From Sedimentisphaerales bacterium (lineage in GTDB: Bacteria > Planctomycetota > Phycisphaerae > Sedimentisphaerales > SM23-30): DNA of 64,000 bases. The first letter of the stretch is position 1. Each line of letters starts with the position of its first letter. Below, piece after piece: positions 50,894 to 61,041 of the stretch. Position numbers and translations under genes: made by a program. The notes beneath the pieces were generated by a model. That model was not told where the DNA came from and did no database searches. It worked only from the letters and a program-made list of their open reading frames with translations. Location: NCBI GenBank assembly GCA_963666285.1, contig OY762711.1. The stretch is one strand, 5' to 3'.

Positions 50894-52345
50894 TTGTCAA
50901 AGAAAGTTGACATAGTATTAGTATTCCCTCCTATCAGGATATGGGACAGACCGAGAAATTTTCCAGCAGGTCTGGGTATAATTGCAGCAATCCTGAGAGA
51001 CGCCGGTTACAACGTAAAAGTGATTGATGTTAACGGTTTGCGGATAAGTGAAGATGAGGTTATTGAGCAGATTCAGGCTTTTTCGCCCGAAATTATCGGG
51101 TTTGGCGGTTTGATAACAACCTACGGATGGGTAAAAAGTATAACTCATCGTTTAAGGCAGATTTTGCCGGATGCCAGAATAATGCTGGGGGGGTCAGTGG
51201 GAACCAGTATTGTGGAAACCGCTTTAGCTAATCTCGCTGTGGATGTTATTACCCTGGCAGAGGCAGATGATACAATTCTGGAATTGATTCCGGCTTTACT
51301 GGAAAATAAGCCGCTTGACGGTATTGCCGGCCTGGCATTTATGCGAGAGGGCCAGGCAGTGCGTACTGCTGAACGGCCTATGGTGCAGGATTTGGACCGG
51401 ATTCCGCTGCCGGCCTGGGATATGTTTCCGATGGATACATACCTGGCCAATCCGGTGGTTGGGGTCGGTAAGGATATAGATATCATCAGTTCTCGCGGGT
51501 GCCCGTTTCCATGCCGGTATTGTTATCGTATTTTTGGCAGGAGATATCGTGCCAGGTCTGCCCGGCATGTTGTCAGCGAGATTGAAAAGTTGAAATCTGA
51601 TTATGATATTGATTTTATCAGTTTCCAGGATGACTGCTTTGTAATTGACAAAAAGCGGGTTTTTGAAATTTGCGATTTACTTGACGACAAGGGCCTTAGC
51701 AAGACTATTAGATGGAGCTGTACCGGGCGGGTTACTGTCTGTGACCTGGATATGATGAAACGGATGAAAGCTTCCGGTTGTGTTTCAATTAGCTTTGGTA
51801 TCGAGAGCGGCTCGGAAACAATTTTGCGGGCTATGGGTAAAAACGCATCTCTTGAACAGGCTGAAGCTGCAATATTAAACGCACGCAAGGCAAGGGTTCG
51901 TACTCCGGTATCGTTTATGATCGGCTATCCCGGCGAAACACGCGATACAGTTATGGAGACTGTAGAATTTTGCAGGAGAATCAATATTCCGCTGGGTGCA
52001 TTGATGTTTACCGCACCTTACCCCGGTACTCCGCTGTATGACGAGGTCAAGGATACCGATCAATTCAAATCACAATATGCTACTGAGGAGGAATTTGTTC
52101 TTGCCCTTGGTGATGCTCTCGATTTTGTTGTTAATATGACGGATTTGAGCAAAGAAGAGTTATTTGCTATTCGAGATGAGGCCCTGGCACTTGCCCGGAA
52201 TAATTATGTGCCGCCTGCTGCCGAAGAAGCCGATGCTTTGGAACGTGAGCTTTATGGAGAGATTTTGTATCAAAAAGCCAAACAGCAGATGCAAACTCCC
52301 GAGATGCAGGCACATCGAAAAAGACACGGATTTAATGAGAAATAG
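50894..52345 (+). CDS. B12-binding domain radical SAM protein
   Basis: N-terminal cobalamin-binding domain; SSRGCPFPCRYC; FGIESGS; PYPGTPLY. Confidence 0.9.
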   Translation: MSKKVDIVLVFPPIRIWDRPRNFPAGLGIIAAILRDAGYNVKVIDVNGLRISEDEVIEQIQAFSPEIIGFGGLITTYGWVKSITHRLRQILPDARIMLGGSVGTSIVETALANLAVDVITLAEADDTILELIPALLENKPLDGIAGLAFMREGQAVRTAERPMVQDLDRIPLPAWDMFPMDTYLANPVVGVGKDIDIISSRGCPFPCRYCYRIFGRRYRARSARHVVSEIEKLKSDYDIDFISFQDDCFVIDKKRVFEICDLLDDKGLSKTIRWSCTGRVTVCDLDMMKRMKASGCVSISFGIESGSETILRAMGKNASLEQAEAAILNARKARVRTPVSFMIGYPGETRDTVMETVEFCRRINIPLGALMFTAPYPGTPLYDEVKDTDQFKSQYATEEEFVLALGDALDFVVNMTDLSKEELFAIRDEALALARNNYVPPAAEEADALERELYGEILYQKAKQQMQTPEMQAHRKRHGFNEK

Positions 52346-52561
52346 TGTGCAAAGTTGCTATAGTATATCACAAAATACAATTCCTTTCTGAGAACACCGA
52401 CATTTAGCTGAATATGTAATTAGAAATCATTATAGGCGTGTACAAAAAAAGTATACTCCTATTCTTTTAATGTACATACTGCTTTCCTCCTATATTATAA
52501 TAATATTTTTTTACAATGTAAGTCTTTGTTTTACAGCATGTTATTATTGTTGAAGTTTTTT

Positions 52562-52577
52562 TGGCACAGTCCTTGCT
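52562..52577 (+). promoter_or_regulatory. Sigma54 (-24/-12) promoter
   Basis: TGGCAC-AGTCC-TTGCT, an exact TGGCAC-N5-TTGCW match about 55 nt upstream of the ATG at 52633. Confidence 0.75.
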
Positions 52578-52632
52578 TTTATTACTTATGGTTACTGAAA
52601 TACATAAGTTTTATAGAAATGAGGTAAGTGCT

Positions 52633-53397
52633 ATGAAGATTAAGGTAAAAATTAAAAGACATAAAAAAAAGATTGTTCTCTTTCTGGCTGCCCTGATTGT
52701 TTATGTTTCTGCAACCTGTTGTATTCCGGCTTCTCCCGGCAATAGCCAAAAGGGAACTGCTATTCTTGTGCCTGGCATGACAGGCCAGCCTTGGCTGCTA
52801 GGCGGTGTTGAAAGAGCATTGCGTGATAGCGGCTATGAAGGCTGTTTTATCCGCCACACCTGGGGCAAGCCATTTATGATTTTCACAAACCTGCGTGAAA
52901 AGAATCATAAAAATGAGCAGGCTGAATTACTTGCAGAACGAATTGAAAAGATCTATAAAGAAAATCCTTCCCGACCGATCGACCTGGTGGGTTATTCCGC
53001 TGGTGGCGGGTTGATAGTAAAAGCAATTGAATCTCTCCCGGAAGATATCCGGGTTCGGAACGTAACCCTTGTCCACAGTGCCGTAGCACCTGAACACGAT
53101 CTGACCGCAGCACTTTCCCATATAGATGGTAAGCTCAAGAATGTCTGCTCTGATGCCGACTGGCTGTTTCTTGGGCTTGGTACTTCCAGCTTCGGTACTG
53201 TGGACGATGTTAATACCAGGGCGGCTGGTATGATCGGTTTCGATCTTGACGCTGCTGTGCCGGATGAACAGATGCGGGTTAAGGTCAAACAGGTACCTTG
53301 GGATATGGGCCAGCTGTTAACCACCGGCAGGTGGGGCGGCCATGCCTTGATATATGGTTATAAGTTCAATAAGAATTATGTCGCTAATAAGATATGA
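52633..53397 (+). CDS. Exported alpha/beta hydrolase (lipase-like), paralog 1
   Basis: LVPG oxyanion motif, GYSAGG nucleophile elbow, C-terminal WGGH; GAGG RBS. Confidence 0.75.
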   Translation: MKIKVKIKRHKKKIVLFLAALIVYVSATCCIPASPGNSQKGTAILVPGMTGQPWLLGGVERALRDSGYEGCFIRHTWGKPFMIFTNLREKNHKNEQAELLAERIEKIYKENPSRPIDLVGYSAGGGLIVKAIESLPEDIRVRNVTLVHSAVAPEHDLTAALSHIDGKLKNVCSDADWLFLGLGTSSFGTVDDVNTRAAGMIGFDLDAAVPDEQMRVKVKQVPWDMGQLLTTGRWGGHALIYGYKFNKNYVANKI

Positions 53398-53447
53398 TTT
53401 GAAGCAGAATGGAAATTTATACCCATAACACTTATTGAGAGGTTCAT

Positions 53448-54173
53448 ATGAAAACTATTACTCTAATAATAATATTTTGCCTGGCTTTCTTTTTGGCTGG
53501 TTGTTCAAATGCTACAAGTTTGTCGCATGGCAAACCGGAAAAAGGAGCAGTGTGGCTGGTGCCTGGAATAGAGGGCCAGACATTTCTAACCGGCGATGTC
53601 GAGAAAGCTCTGCGGGCAAATAATTACGAAGGTGATATTAACAGGTATAACTGGGGCAATCCTCTTATGCCGCTGAAAAACCTGCGTAATGCTAAACATA
53701 AACAATTGCAGTCACAGCGGCTTGCAGATGAACTTTCAGAATACAGCAGGCAATATCCCGGGCAACCGATCGATATGATTGGTTATTCCGGTGGTGCGGG
53801 GCTTGCGGTATTGGCCCTGGAAAAACTACCACATGATGTCAGGGTAAGAAATGTTACGCTGGTTCATGGAGCTTTATCACCGGAGTATGATTTAACGGAG
53901 GCACTGGCCAAAATTGATGGAAGATTAAAAAATGTATATTCATCCGCCGACTGGCTGATACTGGGGATCGGCACAAGGATATTCGGAACAGTTGATGGCA
54001 CAAAAACAGACTCAGCAGGAATGATAGGTTTCGATCTTGAAAAGTCTGTACCGGACAGGTCGCTGAGATGCAAGCTGGAGCAGATACCGTGGCGCTGGGA
54101 CCAGCATCGCTGGGGCGGACATCTCACATTGTATGATTACAAGTTTAACAGGGATTATGTAACTACGTTTTAA
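53448..54173 (+). CDS. Lipoprotein alpha/beta hydrolase, paralog 2
   Basis: Lipobox LAGC; LVPG, GYSGGA, WGGH; colinear with paralog 1. Confidence 0.75.
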   Translation: MKTITLIIIFCLAFFLAGCSNATSLSHGKPEKGAVWLVPGIEGQTFLTGDVEKALRANNYEGDINRYNWGNPLMPLKNLRNAKHKQLQSQRLADELSEYSRQYPGQPIDMIGYSGGAGLAVLALEKLPHDVRVRNVTLVHGALSPEYDLTEALAKIDGRLKNVYSSADWLILGIGTRIFGTVDGTKTDSAGMIGFDLEKSVPDRSLRCKLEQIPWRWDQHRWGGHLTLYDYKFNRDYVTTF

Positions 54174-54215
54174 AATTAGAAAGTAAAATAATAAGGTAAT
54201 ATAAAGGAAAAGATC

Positions 54216-54302
54216 ATGAAACTAATAGCAATAATTATAGCAGTTTGGGTTTGTTCGTCAGTAGTATTCATTACAGGAAGCAGTGATAATAAATCTGCTT
54301 AA
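54216..54302 (+). CDS. 28-aa signal-peptide-like micro-ORF (small protein or gene remnant)
   Basis: AAAGGA RBS; MKLIAIIIAVWVCSSVVFITGSSDNKSA*. Confidence 0.35.
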   Translation: MKLIAIIIAVWVCSSVVFITGSSDNKSA

Positions 54303-54368
54303 AGACTATTGATATATACACTATTGTAAATTGCTCTAAGGCAGTTTTAACTTTGAAAGGACAATGAG

Positions 54369-54932
54369 ATGAAAAAATTATTTGTTTTGGCATTCACTTG
54401 TTTATCAATTATTACAGCAGCAGGCTGTGGTAATAGTGATCAATCTGTCGGCAGCATGGATACAGCGTTGCAAAATGAAGAAGCGGATAAATGTATCGGA
54501 ATTTATGATTCTCGCTGTATCGCGATAGCTTATTACAACTCTGCGATGCATGGTGACTACATGAAAGAGGTTAGTCGACAGCATAAAGCTGCAAAAGATG
54601 CCGGAGATAGCGAAACCGCAAAGACTCTGGAGCAAAAAATGGAAAAGATGCAGCAGCAGGCTCATTACCAGGGTTTCGGCACGGCTCCGGTTGAAGAACT
54701 TCTTGAGAAAGTTGCAGGCGGTGTTGACAAGCTTAAAAATGATCAAGGGCTGGATTTGATTGTTTCCAAATGGAATTATAGCGGCGACATATGCAAGTGT
54801 GTCGATATTACCGATGAGCTTGTGATGCTATATAACCCAGGGCCAAAGGCCTTGGAGTGGATCAGGCAGGCAAAGGCTAAAGAACCGATTCCGCAAACCG
54901 AATTAGAAAAGATGGACCATATAAAGGATTAG
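54369..54932 (+). CDS. Hypothetical lipoprotein
   Basis: Lipobox AAGC; helical, charged core. Confidence 0.7.
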   Translation: MKKLFVLAFTCLSIITAAGCGNSDQSVGSMDTALQNEEADKCIGIYDSRCIAIAYYNSAMHGDYMKEVSRQHKAAKDAGDSETAKTLEQKMEKMQQQAHYQGFGTAPVEELLEKVAGGVDKLKNDQGLDLIVSKWNYSGDICKCVDITDELVMLYNPGPKALEWIRQAKAKEPIPQTELEKMDHIKD

Positions 54933-55084
54933 AAAGTTTTTCTATAGAATAATTTAATCCCGGTTTACATATTGAAACGTTCTTGATACTACCTTATACT
55001 AAGGCGAGCTCTGGAAAGCGTACTTTTAGAGTTCGCCTGTTTTATATCAATGATTTAACGACAATATTTAGTAAGGTATTAGTC

Positions 55085-56242
55085 ATGGACAAAAAATATT
55101 TCGATATATACAAAGATACTCTAGACAATTCGGTAATACCATTCTGGCTGAACCACTCACCGGACAATGAATTTGGCGGTACATTCTGCTGTCTTGACCG
55201 CGATGGCACAGTTTACGACGATAAAAAATATATCTGGCTGATGGGCCGCTCTGTCTGGATGTTTTCCAAGCTGTATAACGAGTATGAAAAGAACGAAAAC
55301 TTTCTCAACATTGCAAAGTTGGGAGTGGATTTTATTGACAAATATGCTACCGACCCCGATGGCAAATATTATTTCTGCCTGACCCGTGACGGCAAGCCGT
55401 ACTTTTTTCAGCGTAAACCATATTCTGCTGTCTTTTGTATGCTGGCATATCTGCAATACGGCAAGGCGACCGGCAGTAGTGAATATATCGAAAAAGCTGA
55501 GAAGCTGTTCTGGACAATTGACAGCTGGATGAAATCGCCGGGGTGCCTGGGGCGGCCGTCTTATGATAACCTGCCTCAGGTGAGTACGCTGGCCGATATT
55601 ATGGTTATGGCCAGCATGGCTGCCGAGCTGGCATCAGTAGAAGTAAAACAGTCGTACCTGGATGTCATGGCAAACTCTATTCAGATGCTGGAGCCGCATT
55701 TTGTTCCCGAACATCGTATTCTAATGGAAAACACTTCTATCGATGGCAGTGATGTGTCCAACTGGCCGGAAGGGCGGTTTGTCTGCCCCGGCAGTGCCAT
55801 TGAGACCGCATGGTTCATTATCCACCTGCTGGATTATATCCCTGACAATGAAGTTCTAAAAAGGCAGTTGGAAATTATTGAAGGCTCTCTGGAATATGGC
55901 TGGGATAAAGAATATGGCGGAATTTATTACTTTATGGATTTCGAAAACAAGCCTACTCTTCAGCTGGAATCTTCTATGAAGCTGTGGTGGCCGCATACGG
56001 AAGCAGTTTATGCCTGTCTGCTGGCCTATAAGAAAACCGGTGATGCCAAATGGCTTGACTGGCACAAAAAGGTTCACGATTATACTTTTGACAAATTCTT
56101 TGATAAAGAATATGGCGGAGCTTTTGGCTATTGCGACCGCATGGGCAATCTTACCCATACCTGTAAAGGCGGTAACTATAAAGGATTCTTCCATATACCA
56201 AGATTCCTGCTTTTATGCCAACAGCTGTATGAAGCGAAATAG
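55085..56242 (+). CDS. N-acylglucosamine 2-epimerase (AGE family)
   Basis: PFWLNHSPD..GG, KYIWLMGR, GWDKEYGG, KLWWPHTEA, KGFFHIPR. Confidence 0.9.
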   Translation: MDKKYFDIYKDTLDNSVIPFWLNHSPDNEFGGTFCCLDRDGTVYDDKKYIWLMGRSVWMFSKLYNEYEKNENFLNIAKLGVDFIDKYATDPDGKYYFCLTRDGKPYFFQRKPYSAVFCMLAYLQYGKATGSSEYIEKAEKLFWTIDSWMKSPGCLGRPSYDNLPQVSTLADIMVMASMAAELASVEVKQSYLDVMANSIQMLEPHFVPEHRILMENTSIDGSDVSNWPEGRFVCPGSAIETAWFIIHLLDYIPDNEVLKRQLEIIEGSLEYGWDKEYGGIYYFMDFENKPTLQLESSMKLWWPHTEAVYACLLAYKKTGDAKWLDWHKKVHDYTFDKFFDKEYGGAFGYCDRMGNLTHTCKGGNYKGFFHIPRFLLLCQQLYEAK

Positions 56243-56293
56243 ATTCCTGGTATTATGGCGGTATCCTTAGAACCGGTTATCCAAACTTGATAT

Positions 56294-57172
56294 TTACGCT
56301 TTCATTTGTGCCGACTGCAATGTATTAAGCATTAGCATTGTAATTGTCATCGGTCCGACTCCGCCCGGTACCGGGGTTATGGCAGATGCGATTTCCGCGA
56401 TCGAATCAAAATCCACATCACCGACCAGCTTGCGCTTACCTTCCGCGGTACGACCGATTTCATTGACGCCAACGTCGATTACAACCGCACCGGGTTTCAC
56501 CATGTCAGCGGTTACAGCCTGCGGTACTCCTGCAGCAACGATGAGAATGTCAGCCTTTAAGGTATGGGCTTTCATGTTTTTTGTGCGGGTATGACATATT
56601 GTTACTGTTGAGTTGGCGCCGGGTGCTTTCTGGATCATAATATTTGCGATTGGTTTGCCAACGATATTACTGCGTCCGACAACTACAACTTCTGCACCTT
56701 CGGTTTCTACCCCGCTGCGTACCAGCATCTGCTGTATGCCATATGGGGTACAGGGCAAAAAGCCAGGTGTGCCAATTACCATTCTGCCGACATTAACCGG
56801 GTGAAACCCATCAACGTCTTTATCGGGATCAATTGCGTATAAAACCTTATTTTCATCGATATGCTTTGGCAGCGGCAGTTGAACCAGGATCCCGTGAATC
56901 TTATCGTCAGAGTTATATTTTGCGATCATATCAAGCAGCTCCTGCTCGCTTATGTCAGCATCCAGATTTTCCTGGATAGAATGATAGCCTAATTCATGTG
57001 CGGTCTTTTGCTTGGCACGCACGTAGCTTTGTGATGCTGGATTTTCGCCAACCAGTATAGTTACCAGTCCTGGAACAATACCTTTTTCATTTTTGAGCTT
57101 CTCAACGTCTCGTGCAATCTCTTCCCGTATCTGAGCAGCAATTTCCTTACCCTTGATAAGTCTGGCTGTCAT
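56294..57172 (-). CDS. folD: Methylenetetrahydrofolate dehydrogenase/cyclohydrolase
   Basis: GILVQLPLP, KDVDGFHP, GRSNIVGKP, TPVPGGVGPMT. Confidence 0.97.
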   Translation of the reverse strand: MTARLIKGKEIAAQIREEIARDVEKLKNEKGIVPGLVTILVGENPASQSYVRAKQKTAHELGYHSIQENLDADISEQELLDMIAKYNSDDKIHGILVQLPLPKHIDENKVLYAIDPDKDVDGFHPVNVGRMVIGTPGFLPCTPYGIQQMLVRSGVETEGAEVVVVGRSNIVGKPIANIMIQKAPGANSTVTICHTRTKNMKAHTLKADILIVAAGVPQAVTADMVKPGAVVIDVGVNEIGRTAEGKRKLVGDVDFDSIAEIASAITPVPGGVGPMTITMLMLNTLQSAQMKA

Positions 57173-57204
57173 AACTATATACTCCTGTTATTGGTTTCAA
57201 AACA

Positions 57205-57246
57205 AAAGTCGTAATTTACGGTTTGAAAAACTTAAATTACGACTTT
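57205..57246 (-). terminator. Hairpin between the TPR gene and folD
   Basis: AAAGTCGTAATTTA...TAAATTACGACTTT 14-bp stem. Confidence 0.55.
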
Positions 57247-57263
57247 GTGATTTCTGAATAAGA

Positions 57264-58694
57264 CTAGTTGTTATCCTGTTCCCGTTCTTTTTTTCGGAGT
57301 GCATCCACTCTGTCACGGGCATCACGGAAATTATAATCCAGCTGGGTAACTTTCCGATAGTTCACCAGTGCATCTGCGTCATTACCGTCCGCTTCGAAAG
57401 CACGTCCCAGGTTATAAAGCAGCTCTTTAGCCATAGCACTTTCTTTGCTGTCGAGGTTTTCAAAGGCCTCTTGAAAGGATTCAATAGCATCCATATACCA
57501 TTTTTTATAGAAAAAGCACTGGCCGATATAACTTAACGATTGTGTCCTGAACCGTGGGTCACCACGAGAATCCTGGAATAGTGGAATTGCTTCATCCAGC
57601 TTTTTAGCTTTCAGGTATCTCTTGCCAAGCTCGAACTTATATCGCCTGTCAGTTGGATGATTTTCAACACAGTCTGCATAATGTTTGAGCTCGAACTCGA
57701 GCATTTTCACGGTTTGCTCGCGAACTTTCCTGGCATTATCTTTATTTTGCGGATCTGATTTGTATTGGCCCTGAAATTCACGCAACTGTCGTTTTTGCTG
57801 ACGCATGATTATTTCATTAGCTCGCTGCTGGAAATAAAACTGGCTGGTGTTTTTATAGGCTTTTTCTAAAACCGCAACCGCAATTTTTTCGTTCTCATAT
57901 GCGTCAGTTGCACAGAGAGCGGTAACGTATTTGTCAATGCTTCTCTGGTTGGTAGGATCTTCATCATATTCCAGCTTCGCGCCTGCAATTGCCCTTTTCT
58001 GAACATTTTCATTTGTTATATGTTCCTGTTCAGCGTGAATTTGTTCTTGCTCTTCGCGATCTTTTATACTTTCGCGGAAATCGCCATCACTGTCATATTT
58101 ACCCTGCTTCATAGTAGCTGTAGCAGAGAGATCTCTTAGCTTATCTTTTAATGCAGAATCTTTGGGCTTCAGCATAACAGCATTCTGACATGCCTGGACT
58201 GCTCGTTTATAAGATTCAATTTTCTCGTATATTTCCATTAAAAGCAGATATACTTTAGCGTCTGGTTTGGTACTTTTGATATTTGCATCAAATAGTACAT
58301 CTGCCATCCAATGACATACATCAGTGAAACCGGCATCTAATGCAGCTTTGACAAAATCTGCCATATAGCCTGAGTTTAGCGGCTCTTTGCTCAATAAATA
58401 TTCAGCCTTGAGCATAGCATCACGCGGAGTTTTGCCAGATATTTTTTTATACTTCGAGCCATCTCCAAAACCAGACTTTTTACCACCCGCTGCCATTCTC
58501 CTTACAGCTATATCTCGTAACTTGAAATGTCCTTCCTGTAAAGCTGTCGGCCAGAAACTTATGCCGTCCAGGTAAAGTTCAATGGCATAATCGTAGTTTA
58601 ATGTATAAGCTACTTTATCAGCCTTGGTAAAATACTCCTTAGCTCGCTTTTTGAGCTCTTCTGGAACTTGATAAACGTTGATTTCTTCTGACAT
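57264..58694 (-). CDS. Tetratricopeptide repeat protein
   Basis: Helical repeats such as NYDYAIELY, LDEAIPLFQ and LLYNLGRAFE. Confidence 0.8.
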   Translation of the reverse strand: MSEEINVYQVPEELKKRAKEYFTKADKVAYTLNYDYAIELYLDGISFWPTALQEGHFKLRDIAVRRMAAGGKKSGFGDGSKYKKISGKTPRDAMLKAEYLLSKEPLNSGYMADFVKAALDAGFTDVCHWMADVLFDANIKSTKPDAKVYLLLMEIYEKIESYKRAVQACQNAVMLKPKDSALKDKLRDLSATATMKQGKYDSDGDFRESIKDREEQEQIHAEQEHITNENVQKRAIAGAKLEYDEDPTNQRSIDKYVTALCATDAYENEKIAVAVLEKAYKNTSQFYFQQRANEIIMRQQKRQLREFQGQYKSDPQNKDNARKVREQTVKMLEFELKHYADCVENHPTDRRYKFELGKRYLKAKKLDEAIPLFQDSRGDPRFRTQSLSYIGQCFFYKKWYMDAIESFQEAFENLDSKESAMAKELLYNLGRAFEADGNDADALVNYRKVTQLDYNFRDARDRVDALRKKEREQDNN

Positions 58695-58912
58695 AATTAT
58701 AAAACTTTACGGGAAAATAAGTTAACATTTCTAATAATTATCGGCTTTCCTTCTCCAAAATCGCAATTATACAGTATAACATAACATATCAAATTGTCAA
58801 TCCGGCATTTATGATACCTGTGGCTGTATCGAGCGAATATCATGACCCGACTTAACACAAAATGGCATAAGTGTATATGGTCGGTTTACAGGACAGTAAA
58901 TTATCTACCCGG

Positions 58913-58930
58913 ACTAACCATCGGTCAGTT
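58913..58930 (-). repeat. Inverted copy of hairpin module A
   Basis: Reverse complement AACTGACCGATGGTTAGT versus AACTGACCGATGGCCAGT at 12096. Confidence 0.6.
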
Positions 58931-58945
58931 ATGGTTATTTAAAAT

Positions 58946-58979
58946 AAAAAAAGCTGATCAGTATAACCAATCAGCTTTT
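58946..58979 (-). terminator. Terminator of the PEP-CTERM gene
   Basis: AAAAGCTGAT...ATCAGCTTTT with a T-run on the minus strand. Confidence 0.6.
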
Positions 58980-59002
58980 ATTATTATTAAGTATATTAAA
59001 TA

Positions 59003-59797
59003 CTAAAGCACTCTTCTTCTCAAAAATCCTACATATGCGGTACCAAACCCGGCTAATAATACTGCACCTGGGGCAGGAACAACCGGCAAGACTGGAGGTG
59101 TATTTGATTCTCCATATGTTAGTGCACCAACTTCAACTGTAATTGAATTTGATGCTCCGATGCCGTAAAAACCGTAATCCAGTGAAATCTCATATGTTCC
59201 TTCTGCCGTTGGATCAAATAATGAAGAATCCATAACCAGATCAACTGGATTTTCAGAACCTGTACCATATGGTGGTTGCAGCCATCTAAGCCAGCCAAAT
59301 TTCTGCTTGGTGCCGGAACCGTCTACTGTTGAATATTGTGATTCAATTGAAAAACCAATTTCATCTACCCAGGTTACAGAACCGTCTTTACTGGTGTAGC
59401 TGATAGTTCCTGTCAGCTCTTCAAATTTGAAAAGAACTGGGTTTACATATACATCCAGGTTCCAGTTAGCCAGACCATCTGAGATATTACTGTTTGAGTA
59501 ATATTTACCGTCACCTTCATACCATGTGTCATATGATCCATTATCACTTACGTCATGGATACCCATTGCGAGAGTGTAAGTTAAATCAGTTCTACCGGTA
59601 GAATATGTAGTTTCAGATATGTAGTATGGATATTCAGGCATTTTATAAGGATCACCTGTGTACAGGGCTCCTTCTGGCACACCTTCATATACATTCACGG
59701 TTTTGTCAAAATCCCACCAACCGCCAGATGTCATTCCGGCTATGGCACTGCTGCTCAAAATTGCTAAAGCAACAGCAAGGGTCAAAAGCTTCTTCAT
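59003..59797 (-). CDS. PEP-CTERM-like (VPAPG) exosortase-target surface protein
   Basis: Signal peptide; C-terminal VPAPGA + transmembrane helix + RRR. Confidence 0.85.
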   Translation of the reverse strand: MKKLLTLAVALAILSSSAIAGMTSGGWWDFDKTVNVYEGVPEGALYTGDPYKMPEYPYYISETTYSTGRTDLTYTLAMGIHDVSDNGSYDTWYEGDGKYYSNSNISDGLANWNLDVYVNPVLFKFEELTGTISYTSKDGSVTWVDEIGFSIESQYSTVDGSGTKQKFGWLRWLQPPYGTGSENPVDLVMDSSLFDPTAEGTYEISLDYGFYGIGASNSITVEVGALTYGESNTPPVLPVVPAPGAVLLAGFGTAYVGFLRRRVL

Positions 59798-60103
59798 AGC
59801 TCTCCCAAGTCCTTCCTACCTACTCTCATAAATATTTATTAAACAATAGTTTATAAGAGCTAAGTTTTCTATTCCTCCGATCGCAATCTCCAAAAGCGAT
59901 CAAAAGTTTTCTCAAATACAAAATACATTTGAATAGTGTTTTCCTGAAAATTCCACTATTCATACTTAATATAGCAAAATAAATCAAAAAAACCTAGAAA
60001 AATATATTTAAAATTAAAACTCGTTACAACTATTACAATCTACCTATATTGACAATAAGGCATGTAAATTATGTATATCTTAGAATTGGGAATAAATATT
60101 TTT

Positions 60104-60985
60104 TTACTGATTTTCCAGGTTATCGATAAATTCTCTGATGATCCAATCAGGCGTACTTGCCCCTGCTGTAATGCCGGCGATTTTTTTGTTCTCGATATAT
60201 TCCGGTTTGAATTCTTTCCAGCCCTGCAGATGATAAGTATCAACGTCATGTCTTCGGCATAGTTCTGCAAGTTCGCCTGTATTGGCGCTGTGTCTGGAAC
60301 CCAAAACAAACATAACATCTACTTCGTGGCATAGTTCTACCGCTGAAGCTTGCCTGCGAGCGGTTTCTTTACAGATAGTGTTAACTACTTTTATTTCTTC
60401 ATAGCCCCTTTTGGCTAAATCGCCAACAACCTGGCCAAAATCATCTGCAGAATGAGTTGTTTGTGAAACAATAGCAATTTTTCCGCGGGCCGGTGCTTTT
60501 TCTAGGTCTTTAACTCCTGCAACTACAGTAACTTCTGGTGCATAGCCTACTACCCCCTGTACCTCGGGGTGGTTAGGGTCGCCAACAACCACAACCTGAT
60601 AGCCCTGCTCGAATAAATCTCTCACCAGGTTCTGCACTCTTTGAACCAGCACACAGGTAGCATCGACAAGGTTAAATCCGAGTTTACGCACCTCATCGAG
60701 TAGTTCTGGTCGGCATCCATGGCTTCTGATTAATACATTTACCGACGATGGATCTGTTGTCTGGCCTGAACTGGCAAGCTCTTTTTCACGGTCTACTACT
60801 TCCTGGAGATTATTTACTACTCGCAAGCCATTACCGGATAGTCTGTCGACTACTTCATTATTATGGATCAAATGTCCCAGGCAATATACAACCTTATCTT
60901 CTTCCAGCATTTTTTCTGCGGTTGAAATCGCATGTTCAACTCCAAAGCAGAATCCCATTTTCTTTGCTAATACTACTTTCATCAA
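60104..60985 (-). CDS. ispH: 4-hydroxy-3-methylbut-2-enyl diphosphate reductase
   Basis: GFCFGV, IHN, DATC, HPEV, NTIC, SANT, AGASTP. Confidence 0.96.
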   Translation of the reverse strand: MMKVVLAKKMGFCFGVEHAISTAEKMLEEDKVVYCLGHLIHNNEVVDRLSGNGLRVVNNLQEVVDREKELASSGQTTDPSSVNVLIRSHGCRPELLDEVRKLGFNLVDATCVLVQRVQNLVRDLFEQGYQVVVVGDPNHPEVQGVVGYAPEVTVVAGVKDLEKAPARGKIAIVSQTTHSADDFGQVVGDLAKRGYEEIKVVNTICKETARRQASAVELCHEVDVMFVLGSRHSANTGELAELCRRHDVDTYHLQGWKEFKPEYIENKKIAGITAGASTPDWIIREFIDNLENQ

Positions 60986-61041
60986 ATACTCATTTCTATA
61001 AATAAACTATTATAATATAAATAGTTAACGATATAATCAGG

